Origin: an uncultured Bradyrhizobium sp.
GTDB lineage: Bacteria; Pseudomonadota; Alphaproteobacteria; Rhizobiales; Beijerinckiaceae
Assembly: GCA_964552445.1 (NCBI GenBank)
Contig: CAZKHF010000001.1
Coordinates: 25,154-89,153, forward strand
Direction: 5' to 3'
DNA: 64,000 bases
Under the pieces are notes generated by a model that was given only the letters and a program-made list of their open reading frames with translations, was not told the DNA's origin and did no database searches. Below, one piece after another: positions 12,001 to 24,000 of the stretch. The translations under genes were made by a program, and so were the position numbers. How positions within the stretch are numbered: the stretch's first letter is position 1; the number at the start of each line of letters is the position of its first letter.

Positions 12001-15000
12001 GTCCGCCCAATAGGCCTGATATTGCTGCTGCTGGTAGCTCTGGTACTCGGTCAGCGTGGCCTGGATCTTGGCCTGCGCCTGGGCGCCGGTGAGCGCCAGC
12101 TCGCTCCATACGCCGTTCTCGAGCTCGGCGACGGTGCGCGTATCCACTTGCACGTTGGTGTTGACGTTGACCAGACTGCCGTTGTCGACAGTGATGTCGG
12201 CGACGCCCGTCGTCGTCAGCGCGAACAGCGGCAGATTGCCCTCCGCCTGTTCGATATAGACGTCCCCCGCCGCGGTCAGATTGAGCTGATCGGCGCCCGC
12301 CTGGCCGATGGCGAGCTCGATCGGCGCGTTAGACGCGCCGACGCCGCCGCCGCTGTCGAGCGTCACATCGCCGCCGGTGATCAGCCCCGTGTCGCCCGAC
12401 GCCACCGTCATGGCGCCGAACGACGACAGGCTCACCGCCTGATCGCCGCCGGCGGTGACGGTGTTGATCCGCAGCGCCGTCTGCGGCGCGGCGATGTAGA
12501 TCGCGCCGTCCGTCGTCGTCGCCGTCAGGCTCTGCCCGGACGAGCCCGCCAGAACGACGTTGATCGGCAATCCCTTCGCGCCGATCGTCGCGCCCGCGAC
12601 GAGAGCGACCTTGACGCCCTCGACCGAACCGGAGGTGTTCGGCTCGGAGATCGAGCCGCCGGCGGTGATCGAGGTGTCGCCGGTCACGTTGGAGAGGACG
12701 CCGAGCAGCGCGACGCTGCTGTAGGGCGAATAGACGGTGATGTCCGACCCCGAGCCGCCTTCGAAATTGATCTCGACCGGTAGATCGGCTTTGATCGAAT
12801 GCGAGGAGATCGTCGTCTGGCCGGTGACCTCGGTGAACTGTTGATAATAGGTATGCTTCCCATACCAGGTGCTGGTCTCCCAGTGGCCGGATTCCTGGAA
12901 GCCGGTGCTCGAGGTCTGGTCCGTCGAACTGGTGAAGATGTAGGCGAGATTCTCGTCCGCAGGATTGGCGTCGACGTAGAAATAGAGGCTCGACGCGAGG
13001 ACCTGAGGCTGCGAGGTGACGATCGTCTGCTGTTGGGGCGGTCCGGCTTGCCCCGAGCCCAGATTGATCAGACCGATCCAATTGCTGCTGTAGTAGAGGT
13101 CGATGGTGGTGGTCTGGCTGCTGCTCGCCACCGAGAAGTTGTAGCGTAGCCCCGACTCGAGCGTGAATTGCGTCGAGTCCGAACTGATCGACTTGGTTCC
13201 GCCGACGCCCGAGAGGATCTCGCCATTCAGCGTGTCGACGTACTGCGTCGAGACCGTCATCCCGCCGCCTTGCGTCGACAGATACTTCGTCTCCAGCACA
13301 TACGCGCTGTCGCCGGAATACGTCTGATTGTAATCGGTGATGTCGATGAGCCCCGCGCCGGGCTGCGCGGCGTTGATGTTCTTCACCGCGAGATCGTACG
13401 TCGTGTAGTTGTCGATGGTGACGCCGCCGTAATAGCCGAACGCACTGAGCTGCGCCGCGGAGGTGCTGAACACGTGGCCCTTGATGGTGATCATGCCGCC
13501 GGCGAGGTTTACGTCGCCGACCTCCAGGCTGCCTCCGTTGGCGGTGTCGTAATAGACCGTGAATTCGCCGTTCGGATCGTCCGCTTGCGGCAGGGCGAGC
13601 GGAATGAGGCCGGATTCGCCCTCGCTCTTGATCGTGGCGATCTGACCCGCGATGTCCGATGGATTGATCGTCAAGACCGGATCGCTCTGGCCGGCGTCGA
13701 GCGCCCCGTTCAAGTCGATGTATTCCGCCTGGATCGTGATCGTCTCGGCCTCGAACTGGGTCTGCTGCAGTGTCGACTCATAGGTCGAAACCGAGTTGGT
13801 CAGCGCGTTGAGCCCGGTTTGCGAGCCCAGCAGCTGCGTCGCCGGATCGCCGGAAGCGTAGAACTGCACTTCGCTGATCGAGATGTTGTTCTTCGCCACG
13901 AAGTTCTGGGTGTGAACGTCGACCAGGGGCGCGTTGATGTCGATGTCGCCCTGCGAGGTGATGGTGAGCTGCGCCTCGATGGCGATGATGTCGCCCTCGA
14001 CGATGACGTCGGGCGTCGTCGTGATCGTCGCGCCCGCCGGCACGACCGGCGTTTCGTTGGCGATGCTGATGAACGCGATCGCCGGCTGGTTGGGCGCCGG
14101 CGCCGCAGGCGGCGCCGCCAAACTGATGCTGGCGAAACTCGCCACCCCGGCGACCGCCCGATCGGTGCTGCTCGCGGGGTCCTCGTTGTCGGTGGCGGCG
14201 TCGTTGCTGTTCATCGCGTTGATGACGCTGTTGGCCGCCGCGACGCTGGACTGCGTCAGCGCGACGCCGTTCGCATAGACGCCGCCGATCAGCTGCGGGA
14301 TGGTGATTCCTTCGATCTGCAGCGACGAGGCGGTTGCGTTGGCGATGCTGACGTTGACCGTCGTCGGCGCATAGAGCGTGCCGGTCCCTTGGATCTGGTC
14401 GCCGTAAAGGTTGATCTGGCCGGCCTGCGCCGTGAACGCCGCGACATCGATCACCTGCACTGTGGCGCCGATGGCGACGAACGTTCCGTCGGATTCCGTT
14501 TCCCCGAGTCCCTGCGCCTCCATCTGCGACTCGATCGTCGCGATCTCCTGCTCGTCAAAGGCCACCTGCCCGTCGACCGTCGTGTCGTCCTCGCCGTTGG
14601 CGGTCAGCGACGTCTGGATCGCGAGATACTGGCCAAGTTGCGATTCCGTGCTCAGATAGGTGCTGTATAGCGCCGAGGATTTCGTCTCCGTCGTGTTGGC
14701 GAAGGAGAGGGTCGGACTGTTGGTCCCCACCGTCTCGATAACCTCGCCCTCGGAGTCGTAACTGAACGTCACGTCGACGTTGCTGGCGATGCCGGTCTTG
14801 ATCGCGCCATCGACCTCGACGATCCCGTGCGAGACCTCGAAAGCGACGCCATTGAACTCGTTCGCGGCGTTCCCGCCGGTCAGGGACAAGATGCCGCCCG
14901 CCAGATCGCTCGCCCAGCTCGTTGACTTGGCTTGCGCGACGACGGTGGCGAAGCCGACCGAGTTGGCGAGAAGGTTGGCGCTGCCGCCGGTCGCGAGCGT

Positions 15001-18000
15001 CGCGTCGGCGTTCACCGTGATCGCGTTGGTCTGCACGACGAAGGCGTGCGCGTCGACCGAGCTGAGGGGTATCAGCGCCCCGGCGTAGGCGTCCGTATAC
15101 GCATGGAGCGTGTAGGAATCCATGTTGAAATTGACGTCTTCGCCGGTCGTCAGATCGAGGTCGCCATAGCAGGTGATGGTTGTCGCGGAAGAAGAACCGA
15201 CGGCGCCGATGACGATCTCGTTGTCGGGCCGGATGTCGATATCGCTGTCGGCGACGGCCGCGGTGACCGCGCCATAGGTGTCGGTGTTGTCCTGCGTCTC
15301 CAAACTGGCGCCGCCGTCGGCGGCGAGCTCGACTTTGCCGATGCTCGTCAGCGTTGCGCCGCTTTGGACATCGACTTCCGCGATGTCGGCGCCGGTCTGG
15401 ATCGTCGCGTCGGCCGCCGCGCCGGCCAGCGCCCCGCCGGTCTTGAGCGTGACTTGGTCGTAACCCCGGAAATCGTTCAGAGCCGACAGGGACAAAGCGC
15501 CGGCGTCGGCGAAGGCGCCGAAGACGTTGAGCACGGCGGCGGCGCCGACGTCGACGAGGGTGGTGAAATTGATCGTCGTCGTATCCGTGGCGCCCGCCGC
15601 GCTCGCCAGACCGCCGGTGTCGCCGCCGATGTCGTCGACGTCGTCGCCGAGCGCGGGCCGGTCGAAATCGTTGACCGCCGCGCCGACGATCGACAGCGCC
15701 GCGACCGAGCCGTCGAGCGCGTCCGTTACGTTCGAATTGACGTTGTTGACCGCGACCGCGCCGGCGCCCGACAGCAGGCCGTAGGAATTGGCGACGACCT
15801 GGGTGTCGACGGTCGAGGTGTGCGCGGCCGAAATGCCGAACGCGGACGTGATCGTTCCGCCGGTGACGTCGACGACGGCGCCCGCGCCGACGCTGGCGTC
15901 GGTTGTGGCGTTGATCGTCGTGCTCGGCGCCGCCGCGGCGCCCGCCAGGACGCCGCCGCTGCCGGCCGCGGTGTAAGCGAAATTGTCGTCGTCGCCCTTG
16001 GCATTGATTTGCGCCGTCCCGGCGGTGACCTTCGCGGAGCCGCCGATCGCTGCTTTCGTATTGCTCGTCGCCGTCGCCGAAGCCTGCGCCGCTCCTCCCG
16101 CGATCAATCCGGCCGCCACGTCGGACGAGCTCGAGTCTTGCCACGTTTCGCCGTTGGCCGCGATCAGCAAGGCGCCGGCGATCGTCACCACCATTCCGGC
16201 GGCGTCCGCGAGGTCGGACTTCTCGCCGATGCCCGCCGTGACCGTATCCGTGTTCGTCGTCGTCGCGCTGGTCGCCACGACGCCGATGAGACCGCCGACC
16301 GAGCCGCCCGCCTCGGCGTTCGCCGCCGGCTTGCCGTCGGACGGCAGGAGCAGATCGGCGATGATCGAGAGGCTGCCGGCGGTGATCGCGCCGCCGACCG
16401 TGGCGCTGACCGTCGGCGTCGCCTTGACCACCGCCACCGAGGCGCCCACCGCCAGGGCGCCGGCCGTCACCCCTTGCGCATTCGCGTCGCCTTCGGGCTG
16501 CGCCGACGCTTCGACCGTGACGGCGCCGCCGCCGGCGTTGACGGTGGAGGCGTCGACATAGGCCGAGACGCCGTTGGCGATCGTATCGGTGGCGACCGAG
16601 CCGCCCATCGCCAGCGAAATAAACCCGGCCGCGATCGAGGCCGCGCCGGTGACGGCGCCGGCGGTGGAAGTGTCCTGCGCGTCGATGTCGAGGCCGCCGA
16701 CCGTCAGCGCGCTCGATTCGACGAATGCGGAAGTTGTCGTGTCGATCGTGTTGGCGGCGACCGCGCCGCCGCCGCTGACCGCGACGATCCCGGCGGAGAA
16801 TGTCGCCGCCACGGATGTCGCGGTGATCGACGCGTCCTCGCTGGCGTCGATCGTCGTCGCGCCGCTCGTAATCACGTCGGCGTCGGCGATCGAGGCCTGG
16901 ACAAGGTTGTCGACGCCGTCAACCGCCAGCGATGCGCCGATCGCTTGGCCGGCGCCGAGGCCGATCGTCGCCGCCAGCGAGGCGGCGCCGACGAAGGCGG
17001 TGATCGCAGACGTATCAGTCGCGGCGAGATCAATCGCGCCGGCGTTGACGCCGCTCGACCCGCTGCCTGACACGGTCGCTTCGGTGTCAACGGCGATCAT
17101 GTTCGTCGCTTCCGCGCCGGCGCCGGATACGCTGTCGCCGCCCAACGCGATGGTCACGACGACCGCAGCCGCCGCGACATCGGCGTTGATCGTCGAGCTG
17201 TCGCTCGCCGTTTCGTTGAAATTGCCGCCCGCCGAAATGCTCGTCCCGGTCGAATACGCCTCCACCTGGTCCGGCTCGCAAACGCCGAGACCCGTGTAGC
17301 CGATGAAGTTCTCGGCGACCGAAGCGCCGAGGGCCGCGGCGTCGGCTTCGACGCCGAACGCCGCGGCGGCGGAAGCGGCCATCACATTGGCGTTGATCGT
17401 CGCCGACGCGTCGGCGCTCACGGTCACGTCGGTATGCGCCGCGATTCTGCTACCCGACAGATAGGCGTTGGTGTCGTCGAGGATAACGTTGGTGGCTTCG
17501 ACGCCGGCGCCGGACAGGGAGAAGCTGAGGCCGCTGCCGCTGAGCGCCACCGCGGCGGCGGACGCATCGGCGTTGATCGTCGCCGCTTCTCGCGCCGAAA
17601 CCGAAACCGAGGAGGAAGTCGCCTTCACGCCGTCGCCGGCGTTTTCGATATAGACTTCCATGTTGTCGGCGATCTGGTTGGTCGCCTGCGAGATCCCAAC
17701 CGAGGCGGCCACGCCGACGGCGCCGAAGGAAGCGGTGATCGCGGTGGTGTCGACGATCGCCGTGTTCGACGACGCGTCGTCGCCGGAAACGCTGACGCTC
17801 GCCGCTTCGATTCCCTTTTGCGCCGCGCTCGAACTGACCGCGTCGCCGTCGATATAGGCGTTGATGTTCAGGCCGATGTCGTTGAGCGCCGCGGCGCCCG
17901 CGGCGCTCACGGAAACGCCGACCAGGCCGCCCGAAATCGCCGCCGCGAGCGAGCCGACTTCGGCCTCGATGGTCTCGCCGGTGATCGTCTTGACGCTGAG

Positions 18001-21000
18001 CGCGCCCGAGGCGTCGATCGCCGTGTCGCTGATGTCGGCGGTGACGCTCCCCGGCGCCGTCTCGCCGGTCGAGCCGTCGCCAATCGCGTTGTGCGCGAGA
18101 GCCGCGCCCACCGCCACGCCGACCCCGGCGATGCCCCCTGCGACCGCGGCCGAGGCCGCGTCGACGATGGCGTTGATGGTCGACGTGTCCGAACCCTCGA
18201 CCGTCACCGCCCCCGCGCCGCCGATGCTCGAATTGGCGATATAGGCGTCGACATTGGCCTCGATCAGATTCTCCGCGGTCGTCGCGGCGCCGGAGACCGA
18301 GACGCCGGCCGCGAGGCCAAACGAAACCGTTAAGGCGGCGGCGACGGCGCCGGCATTGATGGTCGCCGCTTCGCTCGCCTCGGCGCTGACCGCGCCATCG
18401 CCGGTCGTCAGCGAGGCGAGGCCGGCGATATAGGCCTTTTGGTCGTCCTCAATGGTGTTGCGCGCGACCGAGAGCGAAATGCTGATCGGGACGCCGGCGA
18501 TGCCGGCGAGGGCGACGCCGACCGTCGCCGCGCCGACGCCCGCCGTGATGTTGGCGCTGTCGGTCGCCGCGACGGAAAGACCGGTGGAAGCGATCGTCGC
18601 CGACCCGCCGCCGTCGACGTAGGCCTCCGTCGCCACCTGGATTTCGTTGAAGCCCAGCGCGCCGGCGAACGTGACGCTCACGGCGGCGACGCCGCTTCCC
18701 TCCAGCGCCGCCCCGCCCGCCGCGACGAGCGCGCTGATCCCTTCGCTCGAGGTCGCCGTGACGCTCGTCGCCCCACTCGCCAGGATCGACGAGCCGGCGA
18801 TGTAGGCGAAGACCTGCCCGGTCCCGTACAGCGAGTCGCTGATGCGATTGTGCGCGAGGCCCGCGCCGATCGAGACGCCGACGCCCGCCGCGCCGCCGCC
18901 GCCAGCCGCGACCGACACCGCGGCGATGAGGGCGTCGATCGTTCCGTCGTCGCTCGCCGACACGGCGATAGCGCCGACTTCGCCCGACGAGTCGCCGAGC
19001 GTCGAATCCGAGATATAGGCTTCAGTGCTCGAAGCGATCAGGTTCTCGGCCGTCGCGCCGCCGCCGCTGACCGAGACGCCGGCGGCGCCGCCGATCGAAA
19101 CGGTCACCGACGCGGTCGTCGCCGTGGCGAAGATGTCGGCGCTTTCGCTCGCCGTCACGCCGAGTGCGCCGCCGCCGGTCGTCAGCAGGCCGACGCCCGT
19201 GACATAGGCCGCGACGTCGTCGTCGATGGCGTTGCGCGCGATCGACAGCGAGATCGTCACCGCGACGCCCGCGGCGCCGCCGAACCCGCCGGCGATGGTC
19301 GCGGTGCCGACGTTGGAGATCATGCTCGCCGAGTCCGCCGCGGCGACCGAAACGCTCCCGGCGGCGACATCCGCGCCGCCGTCGATATAGGCGTGCGTCG
19401 CAACCGATATTTCGTTGAGGCTGATGGCGCCGGCGAAGCCGACCCCGACGCCGGCGGCTCCGCCGCCGGTCAGCGCGACCGCGGCGGCGGCGACATTGGC
19501 GTCGATCGTCTCGCTCGAGGTCGCCGCGACGGCGAGGCGGCCGGTCGCGACGATCGGGGTGTCGGCGACATAGGCGAACACTCGGCCCATGCCGAAATAG
19601 CCGTCGACGCTGCTGTCGCTGATGCTGTTGTGGGCGAACGCCGCGCCGACCGAAACGCCGACGCCGGCCGCGCCGCCGATGCCGGCGGTCGCCGAGACCG
19701 CCGCGATCAAGGCGTCGATGGTTCCCCCGTCCGTCGCCATCACCGTGATCGCGCCGACTTCGTTCGAAGTCGAGCCGAGCGATGAATCGGAAATATACGC
19801 TTGCGTATCGGAGGTGATGATATTCTCGGCCGCCGCGCCGCCTCCGCTCACCGCGACGCCCGCTGCGCCGGCGCCGCCGGCGGTGAACGACGCGGTCACC
19901 GCCGTCGCGCTGATGTCGGCGCTTTCGTCCGCCGTGACGCTGATCGCGCCGCCGTCGGTCGTCAGGCTGGCGACGTAGGCGACGTAGGCGGCGACGTTGT
20001 CGCCGATAGTGTTGCGGGCGATCGAAAGGCCGACCGCGACGGCGACGCCCGCCGCGCCGCCGAAGCCGCCGGCGACCGACGCTGCGCCGACCGCCGCGCT
20101 GATGCCCGACGTGTCGCTGGCCGCGACGGTGAGGCCGCCGGACGCGATCGAGTCGCCGCCTTCATCGACATAGGCCGTGACGGCCACGGCGATATCGTTG
20201 AAATCAGCGACGCCGGCCGCGGTGACGCCGACCCCCGCCGCGCCGCCTCCCGTGATGGCCGCGGCGCCCGCGGCGGTCGCCGCGTTGATCGTCTGATCTG
20301 AATGCGCTTCGACGTCGACGAGGCCCGAACCTTCAATCGGCGTGTCGAGCACGTAGGCTTCAACCGCGCCGACGCCGGTCAAGGTCCCGTCGGTGATCTG
20401 GTTGAGCGCGAGGGAAACCCCGACCGCGACCCCGACGCCGGCCGCGCCGCCGAAGCTGACGGACGCGGCGACCGCCGCGACCAGCGCTTCGATGGTCGAC
20501 GTGTCGTTGGACGTGACCGTGACCGCGCCGACTTTGTTGGTCGACGTCCCGAGCGAGGAGCTCGAAATATAGGCCTCGCTCATCGCTTCGATGAAGTTGT
20601 CGGCGGTCGCGCCGCCGCCGGACACCGCGACCCCGGCCGTGCCGCCGATCGCCAGCGAAACCGCGGCGGCGACCGAAGAGGCCTCGATATCCGCGCCTTC
20701 GACGGCGGTGACGCTGACGTCGCCGCCGGAGGTCGTCAGCGAACTGACGTCGGTGATATAGGCCGTCACCGGATCGGTGATCGTGTTGGTGGCGACCGAG
20801 AGGCCGATCGCCACCGCCACGCCCGCCGTGCCGGCGAAGCCGCCCGCGAGCGACGCCGCGCCGGCGATCGCGTTGATGTTCGAGGTGTCGCTCGCCGCCA
20901 CCGTGACGCCGCCGGACGCGATCGAGTCGCCGCCGCCGTTGATGTAGGCGGAAATGGCGACATCGCTTTGGTTGATCACGCCGACGCCGGCGCCGGACAC

Positions 21001-24000
21001 GCCGACGCCCGCCGTGCCGCCGCCCGAAAGCGCGACCGCGCCGGCCAGAGTCGTCGCGTCGATCTTCTCGCTGGCGTGGGCTTCGACGTCGACAAGCCCG
21101 TCGGAGACGATCGGAGCGTCGGAGATGTAGGCTTTGACCTCGCCCGCGCCCGTTTCGGTTCCGTCGCCGATCAGGTTGTGCGCGTACGCGACGCCGATCG
21201 CGACCCCGACGCCGGCGTCGCCGCCGAAGCTGACGGACGCGGCGACGGCGGCGACCAACGCTTCGATGTCGGAATCGTCGTTTGCTGTGACGGTGACGGC
21301 GCCGACCGCATCGCCCGAGGCCCCGAGCGTCGAATTCTTGATGTAGGCGGAGGTCGCCGCGCCGATGAGATTTTCGGCGGTTGCGCCGCCGCCGGAAACC
21401 GCGACGCCGGTTTCGCCGCCGATCGCCAGCGAAATCGCCGCGGCGACCGACGTGGCGTGGATCGTCGCGTCTTCTTTCGCGGTGACGCCGACCGCGCCGC
21501 CGGAAGTCTTCAGCGAGGTCACGCCCGAGATATACGACGTGACTGGATCGCTGATGATGTTGGCCGCGATCGACAGACCGATGGCGACGGCGACGCCCGT
21601 CTCGCCCGCGAAGGCGGCGCTGACCGCCGCCGCGCCGGCGGTCGAGGTGATCGTCGCGGCGTCGGAGGCGGCGACGGCGACGGCGCCGTCCGCCGCGATC
21701 GAATGCGCGCCGCCGCCGTCGATATAGGCCGAGACGGCGACCGCGATGGTGTTCATCACCGCGACGCCGGCGCCGGCGACGCCGACGCCCGTCTCGCCGC
21801 CGCCCGACAGCGCCGCCGCCACCGCGACGGTCGACGCGGCGATCGTTCCCTTCGAAGTCGCCGCGACGTCGACGCCGCCATTGCTGACGATCGACGAGCC
21901 CGAAATGAAGGCGCTGACCGCGCCCGAGCCGAAGCCGGTCGCGTCGCCGATCTCGTTGTAGGCGAGCGACACGCCGATCGCGACCCCGACGCCGGTCTCG
22001 CCAGCGAGGCCGGCCGTCGCCGCGATCGCGGTGATCGCCGCCGAAATCGCCGACTGGTCCGTCGCCGTGACGGTCACCGTCCCGACCTGATTGCCGGAAG
22101 TTCCCAGGTTGGAGTCGTAAATATAGGCGTAAGTCGTCGCGTCGATGAAATTGGCCGCCAGCGCGCCGCCGCCGGCGACCGCGATCCCGTTCTCGCCGCC
22201 GAGCGCCGCCGAAATCGCGACGGCCGCCGACAGGGCCTCGATCGACCCGCCCTCCACCGCGGTCACCGAGACCGCGCCGCCCGCCGTCGTCAGCGTCGGA
22301 ACGTTGGCGATGACCGCGGCGACGGGATCGGTGATCGAATTGCGCGCGAAGGAGACGCCGATCGAGACGTTGGTGCTGTTCTCGCCGCCGAAGCCGCCCG
22401 CGATCGATCCCGCCGCAACGATCGCGTCGATCGTCGAAGTGTCCTCAGCCGCCACCGTCGTCCCCGTCGACGCGATGTCGTAGGTGGGCGCGTCGCTGGA
22501 GCCGCCGCCGCCGCCGTCGACCATCGCGTTGACGGCGACTGCGACCTCGTTGAAGGCGAAGGCGCCGGCGCCGGTGACGCCGACGTCGGATTCGCCGCCG
22601 CCCGACAGGGCCACCGCAGCGGCCGCGACCGTCGAGTCGACCGTCTCGCTCGAGGTGGCGGCGACGTCGACGGCGCCGCTGTTGATCGACGCGCCGCTGA
22701 CCCAGGCGGTCACTTCGCCGCTGCCGGTGTCGGTTCCGTCGCCGACGCGGTTGTGGGCGAGCGAAGCGCCGATCGAGACGGCGGTCGAGTCTTCGCCGCC
22801 GAAGCTCGCCGTTCCCGACACCGCAGCGACCAGCGCGTCGATCGTCGCGCTGTCCGTCGCGGTGACGCTGAACGCGCCGACCGCGGCGCCGGCGGCGCCG
22901 ATTGTCGAATTGGTCACGCTGGCGGTGGCGAAGGCGCCGATCAGATTGTCGGCCAGCGAGCCGCCGCCCGCCACCCCGAGGCCGTTTTCGCCGCCCGCCG
23001 CGATCGACAACGACGCCGCCAGCGAAGTCGCCTGGATACTGGCGTTTTCCGTCGCGGAAACGGTGACCGGCGCGCCCGTCGCGGCAATCTGCCCCGCGCT
23101 TTCGATGCTCGCCTGAACCGTGTCCTGGATGGTGTTGCGGGCGATGCCGATGCCGATCGTCACCGACTTGCTGCTAGTCCCGGAGAAGTCGGCGGTCACC
23201 GCCGCCGCGCCGTCGAGCGAATTGATTTGCGCCGCGTCGTCGGCGGCGACGTCGAGCCCGCCGGAGGCCCCGGCCCCGGTGACGACCTTCGCCGTGTTTT
23301 CGACAGTCGCGGTTACGCCGACGGCGATCTTGTTCTCCGTGTAGACGCCCGCCGCGGAGAAACCGAACGTGCTTTCGCCCTCGCCGCTGCCGCTTTCTTC
23401 GCTGCCGCTTTCGCCTTGCGGCTGCTTGGTCGCCGTTTTCGGCGTCGCCGGCTCGCTCGGATTCGAAGTGCTTGTCGGGTTGGTCGCGCTCTTCGACGTG
23501 GCTGGCGGCGTGGTCGGGGTCGTCGCCGGCGTCTCAGTCGGCGCCGCGGCAGGCTTGGTCGGGCTCGTCGGCGTCGAAGCCGGCGTCGTCGAGGTCGTCG
23601 TGCCGGTCAGGAAGCCCAGACCCGCGCCGAGCGTCGAGATCGCTGATCCCGCCGCCGTGGCCGTACCGCTGCCGCCGGAGTCGCCGTTCGTGCCCGCCTG
23701 CCACAGCGCGGTGTTGGTGTAGTCCTGATTGTAGAGATCGAGCGAGGCGTCCGACTGGCCGATATAGGTATAGACGGCGCCGATCGTGCCGGCGACCTTC
23801 GCCCACAGCGACGTCTGGCTGAAATTCGCGCTCGCCAGGTCCACGGTGGCGGAGGCGCCGAGATAGCGGTAGACGGTCCCGTCGCTGGCCTCCACCGTGT
23901 CGCCGGTCGCCAGCGTTTCCGCGCCTTGGGCCACGTTGTAGGTCGGCGTGTCATAGCCGGCGGCGATCTCGACCGTGTCGCCGTTGTTCACGGTGCGCAC

